A DNA stretch of 64,000 bases from Candidatus Dormiibacterota bacterium (GCA_963799005.1 CAWCVK010000001.1:988066-1052065), one strand, 5' to 3'; positions 1 through 9,184 are shown, counted from the stretch's first letter. Made by a program: numbers and translations. Notes: generated by a model not told the origin, from the letters alone.

Positions 1-1
1 C

Positions 2-115
2 GACTACGTGCCCAACCACGGCCGCGACGCGCGGATCGACTTCGCGCTGAGCACGTCCTACGGCTTCGGCGGGCACAACGTGTGCCTGGCGCTGGCGCGT
101 CCGGATGGAGCCTGA
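2..115 (+). CDS. 3' end of a beta-ketoacyl-ACP synthase (KAS I/II)-like gene, partial (continues upstream of window)
   Basis: Frame 2 reads DYVPNHGRDARIDFALSTSYGFGGHNVCLALARPDGA*. The S-x-GFGGHN C-terminal signature is typical of condensing enzymes. The stop overlaps the next ATG. Confidence 0.6.
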   Translation, partial: DYVPNHGRDARIDFALSTSYGFGGHNVCLALARPDGA

Positions 116-644
116 CCGGCTCGTTCGCGAGGCCGGCGGCGGGCGGATCCGGCTCTGCCGCGCCGATATCACGACGCTGACGGTGGATGCGCTGGTCAAC
201 GCCGCGAACGCGTCCCTTGCCGGCGGCGGCGGGGTCGACGGGGCCGTGCATCGGGCCGCGGGGCCGGAGCTGATGCGTGAGCTTGGCGAGCGCTACGACG
301 GCTGTGCGACCGGATCGGCCGTGATCACCGGCGCCGGTCGCCTCCAGGCGCGCCACGTCATCCACGCGGTGGGCCCGCGGTGGCGCGACGGCAGTCACGA
401 CGAACCCGAGCTGCTCGCCTCCGCCTATCGCACGGCCTTTCGCCTGGCGTCGGAGCACTCCTGCGTCACGGTGGCGGCACCGTCGATCAGCACCGGGATC
501 TACGGATTCCCCGTCGAGCGGGCCGCGCCGATCGCGATCCGGGAGGCGGCGATCGCGCTCGAGGTGCCGGGCACAACGCTGCGCGAGATCACGTTCGCCC
601 TGTTTTCCGGCGCCGATCTGGAGGTATTCGCGAGGGCCCTGTGA
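105..644 (+). CDS. Macro domain protein (O-acetyl-ADP-ribose deacetylase / ADP-ribose binding, YmdB-like)
   Basis: 179 aa ORF. Motifs: RADITTLTVDALVNAANASLAGGGGVDGAVHRAAGPEL and SISTGIYGFP. Confidence 0.8.
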   Translation: MEPDRLVREAGGGRIRLCRADITTLTVDALVNAANASLAGGGGVDGAVHRAAGPELMRELGERYDGCATGSAVITGAGRLQARHVIHAVGPRWRDGSHDEPELLASAYRTAFRLASEHSCVTVAAPSISTGIYGFPVERAAPIAIREAAIALEVPGTTLREITFALFSGADLEVFARAL

Positions 645-682
645 CGCCGGCTTGACCGTGGCGTGGGCGGCGTGGCCATAGA

Positions 683-1957
683 GTGGGCAACGTCTTGTCC
701 GAACGCCCCCGCTGGTTCGCCGCCCCTCTCATCGCGGTCGCCTCGATCGTCCTTGCTCACTACGTTCAGGTCTGGGCGGTTGTACCCGGGTCGCTCGCTC
801 CGACGAGCGATTTTGCCGGGACCTACGTCGCGGCGACGCTGATCGGCTCCGGCCACGCCGCGCAGATCTACGACCCGGCGACCGAGCGCCTGGTGCTGAT
901 CCAGAGCGGCGCCCCCGCGGGCCACGACAACATCCCGTTCGAGAACCCACCGGCCGCGGCGGTGGTCGCCCTGCCTTTCACCCTGCTCGCGGCCGGCGCC
1001 GCCTGGCGCGCCTGGTCGCTGTTCCAGCTCGCGCTGCTGGTGACCGCACTCCTCCTCGTGGCCCGTTCCGCGCCATGGCCGGTGGCGTTCGCCAGGCTGC
1101 CCCGGGTCGCCGTCGTCCTGGTCGCGCTCGCCGGCTTCGGCACCGGCCTGCTCTTCCTTGAGGGTCAGTGGGACGGCGTCTCCGCCTTCGGCCTCGGCGC
1201 CGCCTACGCGCTCTGGCGGCGCGATCGACCCGGAGCCGCCGGGTTCGCCCTCGGGTTCACGGCGGCGGTGGCCAAACCGCAACTGGCGATCGGCGTCGCC
1301 GGGTACATGATCGGGCGCCGCGACTGGCGCGCCGTCGGCGGGGCGCTCGTGGGAGCGGGGGTCAGCGTCGGCGTCGGGTTGATCGGCGCTGGACCGCACG
1401 CCCTTGCCGCCTTCTTCACGGCGATCGCCACGCCGAGCAATTCACCGACCGCGCAGATGCAGGGAACCAGCGGCCTGTTCGGGTCGCTTCTCGGTCGCGC
1501 GCCCGGGGTGTTCCTGCTGGCCGTTGCCGCCGGAATCGCCGCGACCCTGGTCGCGGGGTGGCTGGGATCCATCACCCGCCGGCGCGGAGACCTCTTCGAA
1601 CCGGCACTCTGCGGTGCGGTCGCTCTCTCCCTCTTCGCATCACCCCACCTGCTGGGTCACGACCTGACCCTTCTGGCGCCAGTCCTTGTCGCCGGCGCGG
1701 CTTGGCTGGCTGGCCGACCAGGGGAACGCGTGTGGCCCGGCCAGGCCACTGTCGGCGTGCTCGCCGGGTGGGTCCTGCTGTCGGTCGCCAGCGCCGGCGA
1801 CCTGGCACAGAACACGGTCGGGTTTCCGGGAAGAGCGACGCCCTGGGTGCTGCTGCTCACGGCGGCCGTCTGGTGCGCGCTGGTGGCCGCCGCTGCTCGG
1901 CCCCGACGCCCGGCGCCTGCGGGCCCGCACCCGCGGGCACGCTCGGCCGTCGCGTAG
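683..1957 (+). CDS. Polytopic membrane glycosyltransferase, DUF2029 / GT87-like (GT-C fold)
   Basis: 424 aa, many hydrophobic spans. N-terminal SDFAGTYVAATLIGSGHAAQIYD resembles the DUF2029 mannosyltransferase signature. GTG start. Confidence 0.5.
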   Translation: MGNVLSERPRWFAAPLIAVASIVLAHYVQVWAVVPGSLAPTSDFAGTYVAATLIGSGHAAQIYDPATERLVLIQSGAPAGHDNIPFENPPAAAVVALPFTLLAAGAAWRAWSLFQLALLVTALLLVARSAPWPVAFARLPRVAVVLVALAGFGTGLLFLEGQWDGVSAFGLGAAYALWRRDRPGAAGFALGFTAAVAKPQLAIGVAGYMIGRRDWRAVGGALVGAGVSVGVGLIGAGPHALAAFFTAIATPSNSPTAQMQGTSGLFGSLLGRAPGVFLLAVAAGIAATLVAGWLGSITRRRGDLFEPALCGAVALSLFASPHLLGHDLTLLAPVLVAGAAWLAGRPGERVWPGQATVGVLAGWVLLSVASAGDLAQNTVGFPGRATPWVLLLTAAVWCALVAAAARPRRPAPAGPHPRARSAVA

Positions 1958-2022
1958 CCGCCCCCGGTGATGGGTACGTTCACACAGATGAAAGGCCCGG
2001 GGCGCACCATGAGCACGGCATC

Positions 2023-3168
2023 ATGAACAGAGGCGGCGTCCCGATCGCCCGTATCGCCGGGATCAGGGTCTCGGCGGACTGGAGCGTCCTGCTGATCGGC
2101 GCCCTGCTCGCGTGGGGGGTGGCCGGCGGCGCGGTGCCGCGAGCGGTACCCGGGACACCCGTCTGGCTGGCATGGATCGTCGGCGCCATCGCGGCGCTGC
2201 TGCTGATCGCGTCGCTCACCGCGCACGAGCTGGGCCACGCGATCGTGGCCCGCAGGCGCGGCGTCGCCGTCGAGGGCATCAGGCTCTGGCTGTTCGGCGG
2301 CATCGCGCAGATGAACGGCGACTGGGTGACCGGCAGGACCGAGATGCTCGTCGCCGCGGTCGGCCCGGCGATCACCCTCGTGCTCGCGGGAGTTTTCGTC
2401 GGGTCCTCATGGGTCCTCGTGCAGATCGGGGCGCCGCCGTTGGTCGTCGTGGTCACCGTATGGCTCGCGGCGGTGAACGCGCTGCTCCTCGTCTTCAATC
2501 TCATCCCCGCCTTCCCCCTCGACGGTGGACGGATCCTTCGCGGTTTCCTCTGGACCCGCACCGACAACCGGATGCGGGCCACGGTCGCGGCCTCCCGGGC
2601 CGGACGCGTCTTCGCCGCCATCCTGATCGGGCTCGGGGTGCTCGACCTCTTCTTCGTCGATCCTGTCGGCGGGGTGTGGCTGATGCTCATCGGCTGGTTC
2701 CTGGACACTGCGGCCCGCAGCGAAGCCCACGGGGAGCAGGCGCGCCACGCGCTCGCCGGCGTGCTGGTCGGCGACGTCATGTCGAAGCACCCGGTGATCG
2801 TGCCGTCGTGGATCACGGTGGAGCTGCTGGTCGACCAGTACGTCATGGGTCACGACTTCACCTCGTTCCCAACCCACAGCATCGACGGCCGCATCGACGG
2901 CCTGGTCACGATGCGCGGCATCAAGCAGGTTCCCGCGCAGCAGCGTGCCAAGCTTCGCGCCATCGACATCGCCATTCCCGTCGATCGGGTGCCGATCGCC
3001 GGCCGGGACGAGCACATCACCGATCTCCTCAAGCGCATCGGCACGGCCTCGGACGGCCGGGCGATGGTGTACGACAGCGGAACGCTCGTCGGGATCGTCT
3101 CGCCGAGCGACATCGCGCGCCTCTTCCAGACCGGCCCGGGCAGGACCGCGGCGCGGGTCGCCGCCTAA
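2023..3168 (+). CDS. Site-2 protease family (M50) zinc metalloprotease with C-terminal CBS pair
   Basis: In-frame ATG at 2023 inside the 1168..3168 ORF. HELGHAIVARRRG (HExxH) motif, the second motif NLIPAFPLDGGR, and a CBS-like tail (HPVIVPSWITV... GIVSPSDI). Confidence 0.8.
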   Translation: MNRGGVPIARIAGIRVSADWSVLLIGALLAWGVAGGAVPRAVPGTPVWLAWIVGAIAALLLIASLTAHELGHAIVARRRGVAVEGIRLWLFGGIAQMNGDWVTGRTEMLVAAVGPAITLVLAGVFVGSSWVLVQIGAPPLVVVVTVWLAAVNALLLVFNLIPAFPLDGGRILRGFLWTRTDNRMRATVAASRAGRVFAAILIGLGVLDLFFVDPVGGVWLMLIGWFLDTAARSEAHGEQARHALAGVLVGDVMSKHPVIVPSWITVELLVDQYVMGHDFTSFPTHSIDGRIDGLVTMRGIKQVPAQQRAKLRAIDIAIPVDRVPIAGRDEHITDLLKRIGTASDGRAMVYDSGTLVGIVSPSDIARLFQTGPGRTAARVAA

Positions 3169-4205
3169 CCGGCCTCGTCGCCGACGCTGAGGATCAGTTT
3201 CCCGAAATTCGCGCCGCTGTAGAGCTTGAGCAACGTCTCGGGGAAATGCTCGATCCCGGTGACCACGTGCTCGAGTGACTTGAGCCGCCCGTCGGCGAGC
3301 CAACCGGCAAGCTCCACGGTCGCCTCGGCGTAGCGCTTCGCGTAGTCGAAGACCACGAACCCCTCCATCCGGGCGCGGTCGACGAGCAGGGACATGTAGT
3401 TCGATGGGCCGCGCGGTCGTCCCTGGTTGTTGTACTGGGAGATCGAGCCGCAGATCACGACGCGTGCGTGGCGCGCCAGCCTGGTGAGGACGGTGTCGAG
3501 AATCTCACCGCCGACGTTGTCGAAGTAGACGTCCACCCGGTCCGGACAGCGCTCTCGCAGTGCCGCGCGGACGTCTTCGAGCTTGTAGTCGACCGCCGCG
3601 TGGAAACCGAGCTCGTCGGTGATGAACCGGCACTTCTCCGCACCGCCCGCGATCCCCACAACTCGGCAGCCCTTGATCTTCGCGATCTGACCGACCAGCT
3701 GGCCGACCGCCCCCGCCGCCGCGGAGACCACCACGGTCTCGCCCGCAACCGGCCGGCCGATCTCGAGCAGGCCGAAGTACGCGGTCATGCCCGGCACCCC
3801 GAGCACGCTCAGGTAGTGCGGGAGCGGCGCGGCTTCGGCGGCAACCCGCGCGATCCCCCTGCCATCACTGACCGCGTAGTTCTGTACGCCGAAGGTTCCG
3901 GTGACGTGCTCGCCGGCCCTGAAGCCGGGATGCCGCGATACGACCACCTGCCCGACGCCGACCGCCCGCATCACCTCGCCGATGCCGACCGGCGGCACGT
4001 ACGAACGGCCGTCGTTCATCCATCCGCGCATCGCCGGGTCGACCGAGATGTAGAGGACCCGGACCAGAACCTCCCCGTCCAGCGGCTCGGAAACCGGGAC
4101 GGTGGAGAACGCCCAGTCGGTCGACACGGGGAGCCCGCTGGGGCGCGCCGCAAGCCGCCACTGACGGTTCACGGAGGCGCCGGTGAACGTGGGAGTGGAG
4201 GTCAT
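3165..4205 (-). CDS. NADP-dependent oxidoreductase, medium-chain dehydrogenase/reductase family (YncB/CurA/PTGR-like)
   Basis: ATG at 4205. NRQWRLAARPSGLP...GEVLVRVLYISVDPAMRGWM and the Rossmann motif VVVSAAAGAVGQLVGQIAK. Confidence 0.8.
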   Translation of the reverse strand: MTSTPTFTGASVNRQWRLAARPSGLPVSTDWAFSTVPVSEPLDGEVLVRVLYISVDPAMRGWMNDGRSYVPPVGIGEVMRAVGVGQVVVSRHPGFRAGEHVTGTFGVQNYAVSDGRGIARVAAEAAPLPHYLSVLGVPGMTAYFGLLEIGRPVAGETVVVSAAAGAVGQLVGQIAKIKGCRVVGIAGGAEKCRFITDELGFHAAVDYKLEDVRAALRERCPDRVDVYFDNVGGEILDTVLTRLARHARVVICGSISQYNNQGRPRGPSNYMSLLVDRARMEGFVVFDYAKRYAEATVELAGWLADGRLKSLEHVVTGIEHFPETLLKLYSGANFGKLILSVGDEAG

Positions 4206-4245
4206 CGCATCAGCGTACGCGTGAGGGGCTGGTAGGCTCTGCCCA

Positions 4246-5121
4246 GTGCTGAGCGCCGGACTGATCCTGTTTCTTGCCGCGCTCCAGGGAGTCACCGAAC
4301 TCTTTCCGGTGTCGTCGCTCGGTCACGCCGTGGTCGTTCCTCCGCTGATCGGGCTCAATTTCCGTGAGACGAGCCCGGCGTTCGTCCCGGTCCTCGCGAT
4401 CCTGCACCTCGGGACCGCCGCCGCCCTGCTGTTCCTCTACCGGCGCGACTGGGCGCGGATCATCAGCGGGTTCGTGCGCGCCGCGGCGCGGGGTCGGATC
4501 GACGATCCCGACCAGCGTCTGGCGATCATGCTGGTCGTCGGCACCGTGCCGACCGGGATCATCGGGTTCCTCCTGCAGGACCCGCTCAAGTCGCTGTTCG
4601 GCGATCCGCGGGCCGCCTCGGTGTTCCTGATCGTCAACGGGGGAATCCTCTTCGCCGCGGAGATGTTCCGGCGCCGGGACGAGCGACGCCGGGCCGTGGC
4701 TGCCGCACCGGTTCTGGCGCACGAGGAGGACGATCCCGCCTACGAGCGCGTGGAAGGGCTCAGCCTGCGCACCACCGTGATCGTTGGCGTCTTCCAGGCG
4801 GGCGCGCTGCTCCCGGGGATCTCCCGCTCCGGCATCACCATGGCCGCCGGGCTCGTCGCCGGCCTCCGCCATGAGGAGGCGGCCCGGTTCTCGTTCCTGC
4901 TCGCGACCCCGATCATCCTCGCCGCCGGTCTGCTCGAGCTGCCGACCCTCGGCTCCGACACCCCGACGCTGCTCGTCGCCATCGGGGCGGCCGCCCTCGC
5001 CGGCGTGGTGGCCTACGCCAGCGCCCGCTTCCTGCTTCGTTACCTTCGACTCGGACGTCTCGACCCCTTCGCGTATTACTGTGCCGCTCTCGGGGCAGCC
5101 GGCCTCGTCTTCATCCACTGA
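4246..5121 (+). CDS. uppP: Undecaprenyl-diphosphate phosphatase
   Basis: 291 aa polytopic. LQGVTELFPVSSLGH and PGISRSGITM motifs of the BacA/UppP family. Confidence 0.85.
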   Translation: MLSAGLILFLAALQGVTELFPVSSLGHAVVVPPLIGLNFRETSPAFVPVLAILHLGTAAALLFLYRRDWARIISGFVRAAARGRIDDPDQRLAIMLVVGTVPTGIIGFLLQDPLKSLFGDPRAASVFLIVNGGILFAAEMFRRRDERRRAVAAAPVLAHEEDDPAYERVEGLSLRTTVIVGVFQAGALLPGISRSGITMAAGLVAGLRHEEAARFSFLLATPIILAAGLLELPTLGSDTPTLLVAIGAAALAGVVAYASARFLLRYLRLGRLDPFAYYCAALGAAGLVFIH

Positions 5122-5196
5122 AGGGCGTGAACCCATTGCCGAACCCAGGAATCCATTCGCATCGGGCGCACGACCGCACTCACCGGGGGATCTGTC

Positions 5197-5406
5197 ATGC
5201 GTGGTAGCCGTCCACTCGCGCTTGCGCTGCTCGCTCTCGCCGTGATCTTCGCGATCGCGACGGTCTTCTACTTCACCCAGAAGACCAACTTCCTGGCCTC
5301 CGGCCGGCCGGCGATGCACTGGAAGCACGCGCTCGTGTTCCTGGCGCTCACCCTGCTCGCCGTGATCGCCGCAAACTTCGCGCGCCCGAAGTCCATCAAG
5401 GCCTGA
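5197..5406 (+). CDS. Small two-TM membrane protein, unknown function
   Basis: 69 aa ORF with two hydrophobic spans and high third-position GC. No family recognised. Confidence 0.4.
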   Translation: MRGSRPLALALLALAVIFAIATVFYFTQKTNFLASGRPAMHWKHALVFLALTLLAVIAANFARPKSIKA

Positions 5407-5419
5407 CCCCGGCCGGCTC

Positions 5420-5908
5420 TTGACCCCTGACCGCGCCGCCGAGATCTATCGCCAGGAGTTCAGCGACACCCGGAGGGAACGGCTGTTTCTGTCGTCGGTG
5501 TCATTTTTCACGACGTTCGCGACAACCCGGGCGATAACTCACGCGATCCGGGACGGGGTGGGGCCGTTCCGCAACCTGATCGTGGGCGGCCGCCACTTCC
5601 ACCACCTCGTGCTCGGCATCGCCGGCCTGCTCGGCACTGGCTATCTCTGGCTGGTCGAGGTCGACACCGCCGGGAAGACCAGGGGCACCGACGACGCGAT
5701 GGCGAAATTGACGTCGGTGCTGTATGGCGGCGCCGCGGCGCTCACCCTCGACGAGTTCGCGCTCTGGCTCGACCTCGAGGACGTGTACTGGACGAAGCAG
5801 GGACGCGCGAGTGTCGATGCGGTGGTGCTCTTCGGCGGCGTGCTTTCGATCGGTCTATGGGGGGGTCCGTTCTTCCGGAGCCTCTTCCGCGAGCTCGCGC
5901 ACCTCTGA
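5420..5908 (+). CDS. Integral membrane protein, unknown function
   Basis: 162 aa, TTG start, 3-4 hydrophobic spans (HHLVLGIAGLLGTGYLWLV, AVVLFGGVLSIGLWGG). Family not recognised. Confidence 0.5.
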   Translation: MTPDRAAEIYRQEFSDTRRERLFLSSVSFFTTFATTRAITHAIRDGVGPFRNLIVGGRHFHHLVLGIAGLLGTGYLWLVEVDTAGKTRGTDDAMAKLTSVLYGGAAALTLDEFALWLDLEDVYWTKQGRASVDAVVLFGGVLSIGLWGGPFFRSLFRELAHL

Positions 5909-6581
5909 GCCTGAGCGGGCAAGACTTCGTGCCGACGGTCGGTCGGCGCGCGGAAGGAAGGTGAACAGCCGCACATCCGGCTCGAACGGTCGCGGCGAGG
6001 CGGTGAGGCGGTTGGCGCCCACACCCGCTGTCGTGCCGGGTATCGCCACGAAGTCCACCTCGGTGAAGCCGGCTTCCATGAACCACACGCGGATGGCTGG
6101 GGTCAGATCTGGCGGGAACGTGCCGCGCGTCCAGATCACCGTGGCGCCGGGTGCGCACAGTGCCGGCAGCTGGTCGATGGTGTGGTGAATATCGTCGTCG
6201 GCGATGTTGCCGAAGACGCCGCACATCAGCACGAGGTCGGCGGGGACGGCTCCCTGGTACGCATTTGTGGTCGACGCGTCCACGGTGACCACCTCGACGG
6301 TTCCGGAAACCTCAGCGGCACGGGCGCGAGCCCGCGAGGACAGCTCCGGATCGAGCTCGACCAGCCGCGCGCGAACGTCAGAGCGGCGTGAATGGTCGCC
6401 GAGCACGCCGAGAAGATCGCGCCCGTCACCCGCGCACACGCTGATCACCCGGATGGCGCTCGCCGGGCACGAGTTCGAGGGCCGCGCGGATGAGATCGCG
6501 AACGACGGCCAGCCGGCGAGCCAGCTGCGAGCCGTCCCTGTATCCCTCGTGCCACAACACCCATTCGCTCACGTCGGTCAT
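5855..6581 (-). pseudogene. Class I SAM-dependent methyltransferase, split by one +1 frame break
   Basis: The N-terminal 51 codons run from ATG 6581 to TGA 6426 (MTDVSEWVLWHEGYRDGSQLARRLAVVRDLIRAALE..). The core, in the adjacent frame, reads ..IRVISVCAGDGRDLLGVL..VELDP... Deleting one A of GAACTC (plus-strand GAGTTC 6471-6476) gives a continuous ..AALDSCPASAIRVISVCAGDGRD... Confidence 0.7.
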
Positions 6582-6631
6582 GCGATTCGTCCGTCCCGCG
6601 AAAATATAGAGTTCGTGGCCTGAGCCAAAAA

Positions 6632-7377
6632 CTCGATCTTCCCGGTGGTGGTGGGAGATCGCGGCTGCGTGAGCAGATGCTCCACGCCGTTCTCGCGACA
6701 GATGCGATCGAACAGCACCTCCACGGGCGGCTGACAGAACTTGCCGGTGAAGACCTTGCCGTTGTCCGTCAACACCTGCTGCGGCACGCCGTAGGCGCGC
6801 AGCGCCGCCTCGAAGCCGTCGCAGACCAGCTGGGTGCGCTCGCGCGGCATGACGCGCACCGAGACGCAGAACCTCGAGTGATCGTCAACGCCGGTCAGCA
6901 CCTTCGCGGTGGTGCCGTCCGCCAGCAGCAGACCGCCCACCACGTCCATCTGCCACAGCTCCATGGGCTCGCCGCGCTCCCAGCGCTTCCAGTGCTCGAG
7001 CTTGCGATGCCGCTGCACCGGATCGATGACCCGGCGCGCACCAGGCAGCGATACACCGCCGACTTCGATGGCAGCGGCTCCACCTTCGCGCGAGCCAACT
7101 CGAGCACCAGCCGCCGGGCGCCCCAGTACGGCCGCCAGCGACGCAGTTCGAGCACCTTCGCCTCGACCTCCGCAGGCAACTGATGCGGGCAGCTGGCCGG
7201 CCGGTGCGAGCCGTCGCCGAGCGACTCCAACCCGCCGGCCTCGTACCGCGCCAGCCAGCGGTGCACCGTCCGCCGGTCCACGCGCCATTGGGCAGCCACG
7301 TCGCACACCGTCCGCCCCTCGCCAATCACTGCCAGCACCGCCTGATATCGCTGCTCAGCCACGCTCAGTTCCTTCAT
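6632..7377 (-). pseudogene. IS481-family transposase, frameshifted and C-terminally truncated
   Basis: HTH N-terminus (MKELSVAEQRYQAVLAVI..VHRWLARYEAGGLESL) in one frame. The rve core (ELWQMDVVGG..TDNGKVFTG..QPRSPTTTGKIE) is in another, with the break near 7029-7033. Homology stops after GKIE (~6632), before the usual ERF..RT motif. Confidence 0.75.
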
Positions 7378-7394
7378 GCGCGCGACTGTGACGA

Positions 7395-7473
7395 ATCAGC
7401 CGAAGTAGGAGAGACAGATCACCCGAAGGTGTGGGACACATCAGCCGACGCCCTTTTGAGACGCATCAGCCGA
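7395..7473 (+). repeat. Three direct copies of ATCAGCCGA (7395-7403, 7440-7448, 7465-7473)
   Basis: Read directly: gaATCAGCCGAag, caCATCAGCCGAcg, cgCATCAGCCGAac. The copies lie between the transposase start and the tRNA-Lys 3' end. Confidence 0.6.
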
Positions 7474-7492
7474 ACTCGTACAAATCACGTTG

Positions 7493-7565
7493 TGCCCGCT
7501 CAGGGATTCGAACCCTGGACCTTGGGATTAAGAGTTCCCTGCTCTACCAACTGAGCTAAACGGGC
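7493..7565 (-). tRNA. tRNA-Lys (anticodon CTT), 73 nt, no encoded CCA; atypical anticodon stem
   Basis: Reverse complement GCCCGTT TA GCTC AGTTGGTA GAGC A GGGAA CTCTTAA TCCCA AGGTC CAGGG TTCGAAT CCCTG AGCGGGC A. Acceptor, D and T arms pair well. The canonical anticodon stem has 2 mismatches. Confidence 0.8.
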
Positions 7566-7590
7566 GGGAGCGCTCGATTCTACCCGGGGG

Positions 7591-8433
7591 TCACGGCCGC
7601 GTCGGACCGGCGCCGGAACCGACCCGCCCGGCTCGACGCTCTCCGCTGAGCCACACCATCGATCGGTACTGCTGCGCCAGGCGCATGCGCAAGGGCGGCG
7701 GTGAGGGCGAAAACGATCCAGAGATGGGTGACGTCGTCCGCGCGGCGATCGCCCGGCGCAGGTCCGCCGCGCTGCTTCCCGGGAACACGGTCAGCACCCG
7801 GCCCAGGTCGTGCGCGCCGAAATGGCTGTCCCCCGCCCCGAGGGCCGCCCCGAGCCGCTCGCGGTGCTCTGCGTAGAACGAGTCGAGCAGGCCCCAGGTC
7901 CTGGGGAGAACCGGTGCGGTGTGACGCACCTCTATGGCGTCGACCCGGCGGCGCTCGAGCAGCTGCCGGGCTTTCCCCGGGGTCATCGACGCGAACCACG
8001 TGGGCATGAACGGATGGGCGATCACGGCCAGACCGCCCGCGTCATGGATCGCGTCAACCGTGTCCTCAACCGACATGTGCATGCGAATCTGCCGGTCCAG
8101 GAACAGCCCGACGATGTGGATCCCGGGAGGAAACGATGCCGTGACCTCCTCACCGCGAACCACGTCAACGCCGAGCGCCGCGCCGGTCTCCACCGCCGCT
8201 CCGAGCTCGGCAAGCGTGTCGTGATCGGTGATGCACACCACGTTCAACCCGATCGCCGCCGCTGCCCGTACCAGCTCGACGGCGCTGACCATTCCGTCGC
8301 TGGCACGGGTGTGCGCGTGGACCTCGGCGATCCCGAGGCCTTCCGCCGTGCGCGGGCGAGCAGCAAAAGTGCGGGTCACCGATCCAGTGTAGTGAGCGGC
8401 TGAGAGGCTGCTGAGAAAGGCATTTGCGATCAT
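7591..8433 (-). CDS. PHP-domain metal-dependent phosphoesterase
   Basis: 280 aa. AEVHAHTRASDGMVSAVELVRAAAAIGLNVVCITDHDT plus later IAHPF and GDSHFG motifs typical of PHP. Confidence 0.7.
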   Translation of the reverse strand: MIANAFLSSLSAAHYTGSVTRTFAARPRTAEGLGIAEVHAHTRASDGMVSAVELVRAAAAIGLNVVCITDHDTLAELGAAVETGAALGVDVVRGEEVTASFPPGIHIVGLFLDRQIRMHMSVEDTVDAIHDAGGLAVIAHPFMPTWFASMTPGKARQLLERRRVDAIEVRHTAPVLPRTWGLLDSFYAEHRERLGAALGAGDSHFGAHDLGRVLTVFPGSSAADLRRAIAARTTSPISGSFSPSPPPLRMRLAQQYRSMVWLSGERRAGRVGSGAGPTRP

Positions 8434-8463
8434 CTCGTGGCCGAGCCGTGGGGAACCAACTCA

Positions 8464-8469
8464 TATACT
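8464..8469 (+). promoter_or_regulatory. -10-like box TATACT, 7 nt upstream of the response-regulator ATG (leaderless candidate)
   Basis: The sequence is tcaTATACTcgaggcaATG. No Shine-Dalgarno fits in the 7-nt gap. Confidence 0.4.
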
Positions 8470-8476
8470 CGAGGCA

Positions 8477-9181
8477 ATGAGTGGGCCGACCCGCGTGCTC
8501 GTCGTGGACGACGAGCAGAGCATCACCGACTTCATCGCGCTCGGGTTGCGGCACGAGGGCTTCGACGTGCGCACGGCGCCGGACGGACACGTGGCCCTCC
8601 GGGCGGTCGACGAGTTCAAGCCGCACATCGTCGTGCTCGACCTGATGATGCCGCGCGTCGACGGCTGGCAGCTGTGCCGCGCCCTGTCGGGCGACCGCTC
8701 GCGCGGGATCATCATCCTCAGCGCGCGCGACGAGACCAGTGATCGCATCCAGGGCCTCGAGCTCGGTGCCGATGACTACCTGGTCAAACCCTTCGATTTC
8801 GCCGAGTTGCTCGCCAGGATCCGCGCGGTCCTGCGCCGTCGCAACCCGGATCTCACCCGCGTTCTCCGCGTCGGCGACCTCAGCATCGACACCGCGACAC
8901 GCGAGGTCCGCGCCGGCAAACGCACCGTCGACCTTTCCGTGCGCGAATACGATCTCCTCCTGTTCCTGGCCAGCAACGCCGACCAGGTCCTGCCCCGCCA
9001 GCGCATCCTCGACGAGGTCTGGGGCTACAACTTCTTCGGCGACGAGAACAACATCGAGGTCTACATCCGCTACCTGCGCACCAAGCTCGGCGACACGGCC
9101 CACGAGCGGATTCAGACGGTGCGCGGTGTCGGCTACCGGCTGCGCAGCACTGCCGCGGGGAGCGACGCCGCAGCGCGGTAG
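8477..9181 (+). CDS. OmpR-family response regulator
   Basis: RVLVVDDEQSI..DLMMPRVDG receiver domain and a winged-helix C-terminus (REYDLLLFLASN..VEVYIRYLRTKL..VRGVGYRL). Confidence 0.9.
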   Translation: MSGPTRVLVVDDEQSITDFIALGLRHEGFDVRTAPDGHVALRAVDEFKPHIVVLDLMMPRVDGWQLCRALSGDRSRGIIILSARDETSDRIQGLELGADDYLVKPFDFAELLARIRAVLRRRNPDLTRVLRVGDLSIDTATREVRAGKRTVDLSVREYDLLLFLASNADQVLPRQRILDEVWGYNFFGDENNIEVYIRYLRTKLGDTAHERIQTVRGVGYRLRSTAAGSDAAAR

Positions 9182-9184
9182 GAC

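Larger units (their letters stand above)
6632..7490. mobile_element. Decayed IS481-like element lodged between a methyltransferase gene and tRNA-Lys; ends not defined
   Basis: Contains the broken transposase gene. One side is truncated at ~6632 next to an AT-rich junction. The other side runs through 112 bp of non-coding DNA with three CATCAGCCGA-type repeats up to the tRNA 3' end. No inverted repeats identified. Confidence 0.5.

Noticed and set aside
6578-7306. N-terminal ~100 codons of ORF 6578..7306 (MRRGCPMARG...) and its C-terminal tail FLAQATNSIFSRDGRIA
   Set aside because: These are out-of-frame read-through of the transposase HTH region and of the methyltransferase promoter region. 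Only the central rve-core part is homologous to IS481 transposases.
5855-8433. Integrated prophage or genomic island at tRNA-Lys
   Set aside because: There is no integrase, no phage genes and no duplicated tRNA 3' segment in the window. Only a broken IS481 transposase is present, so it was called an IS scar rather than an island.
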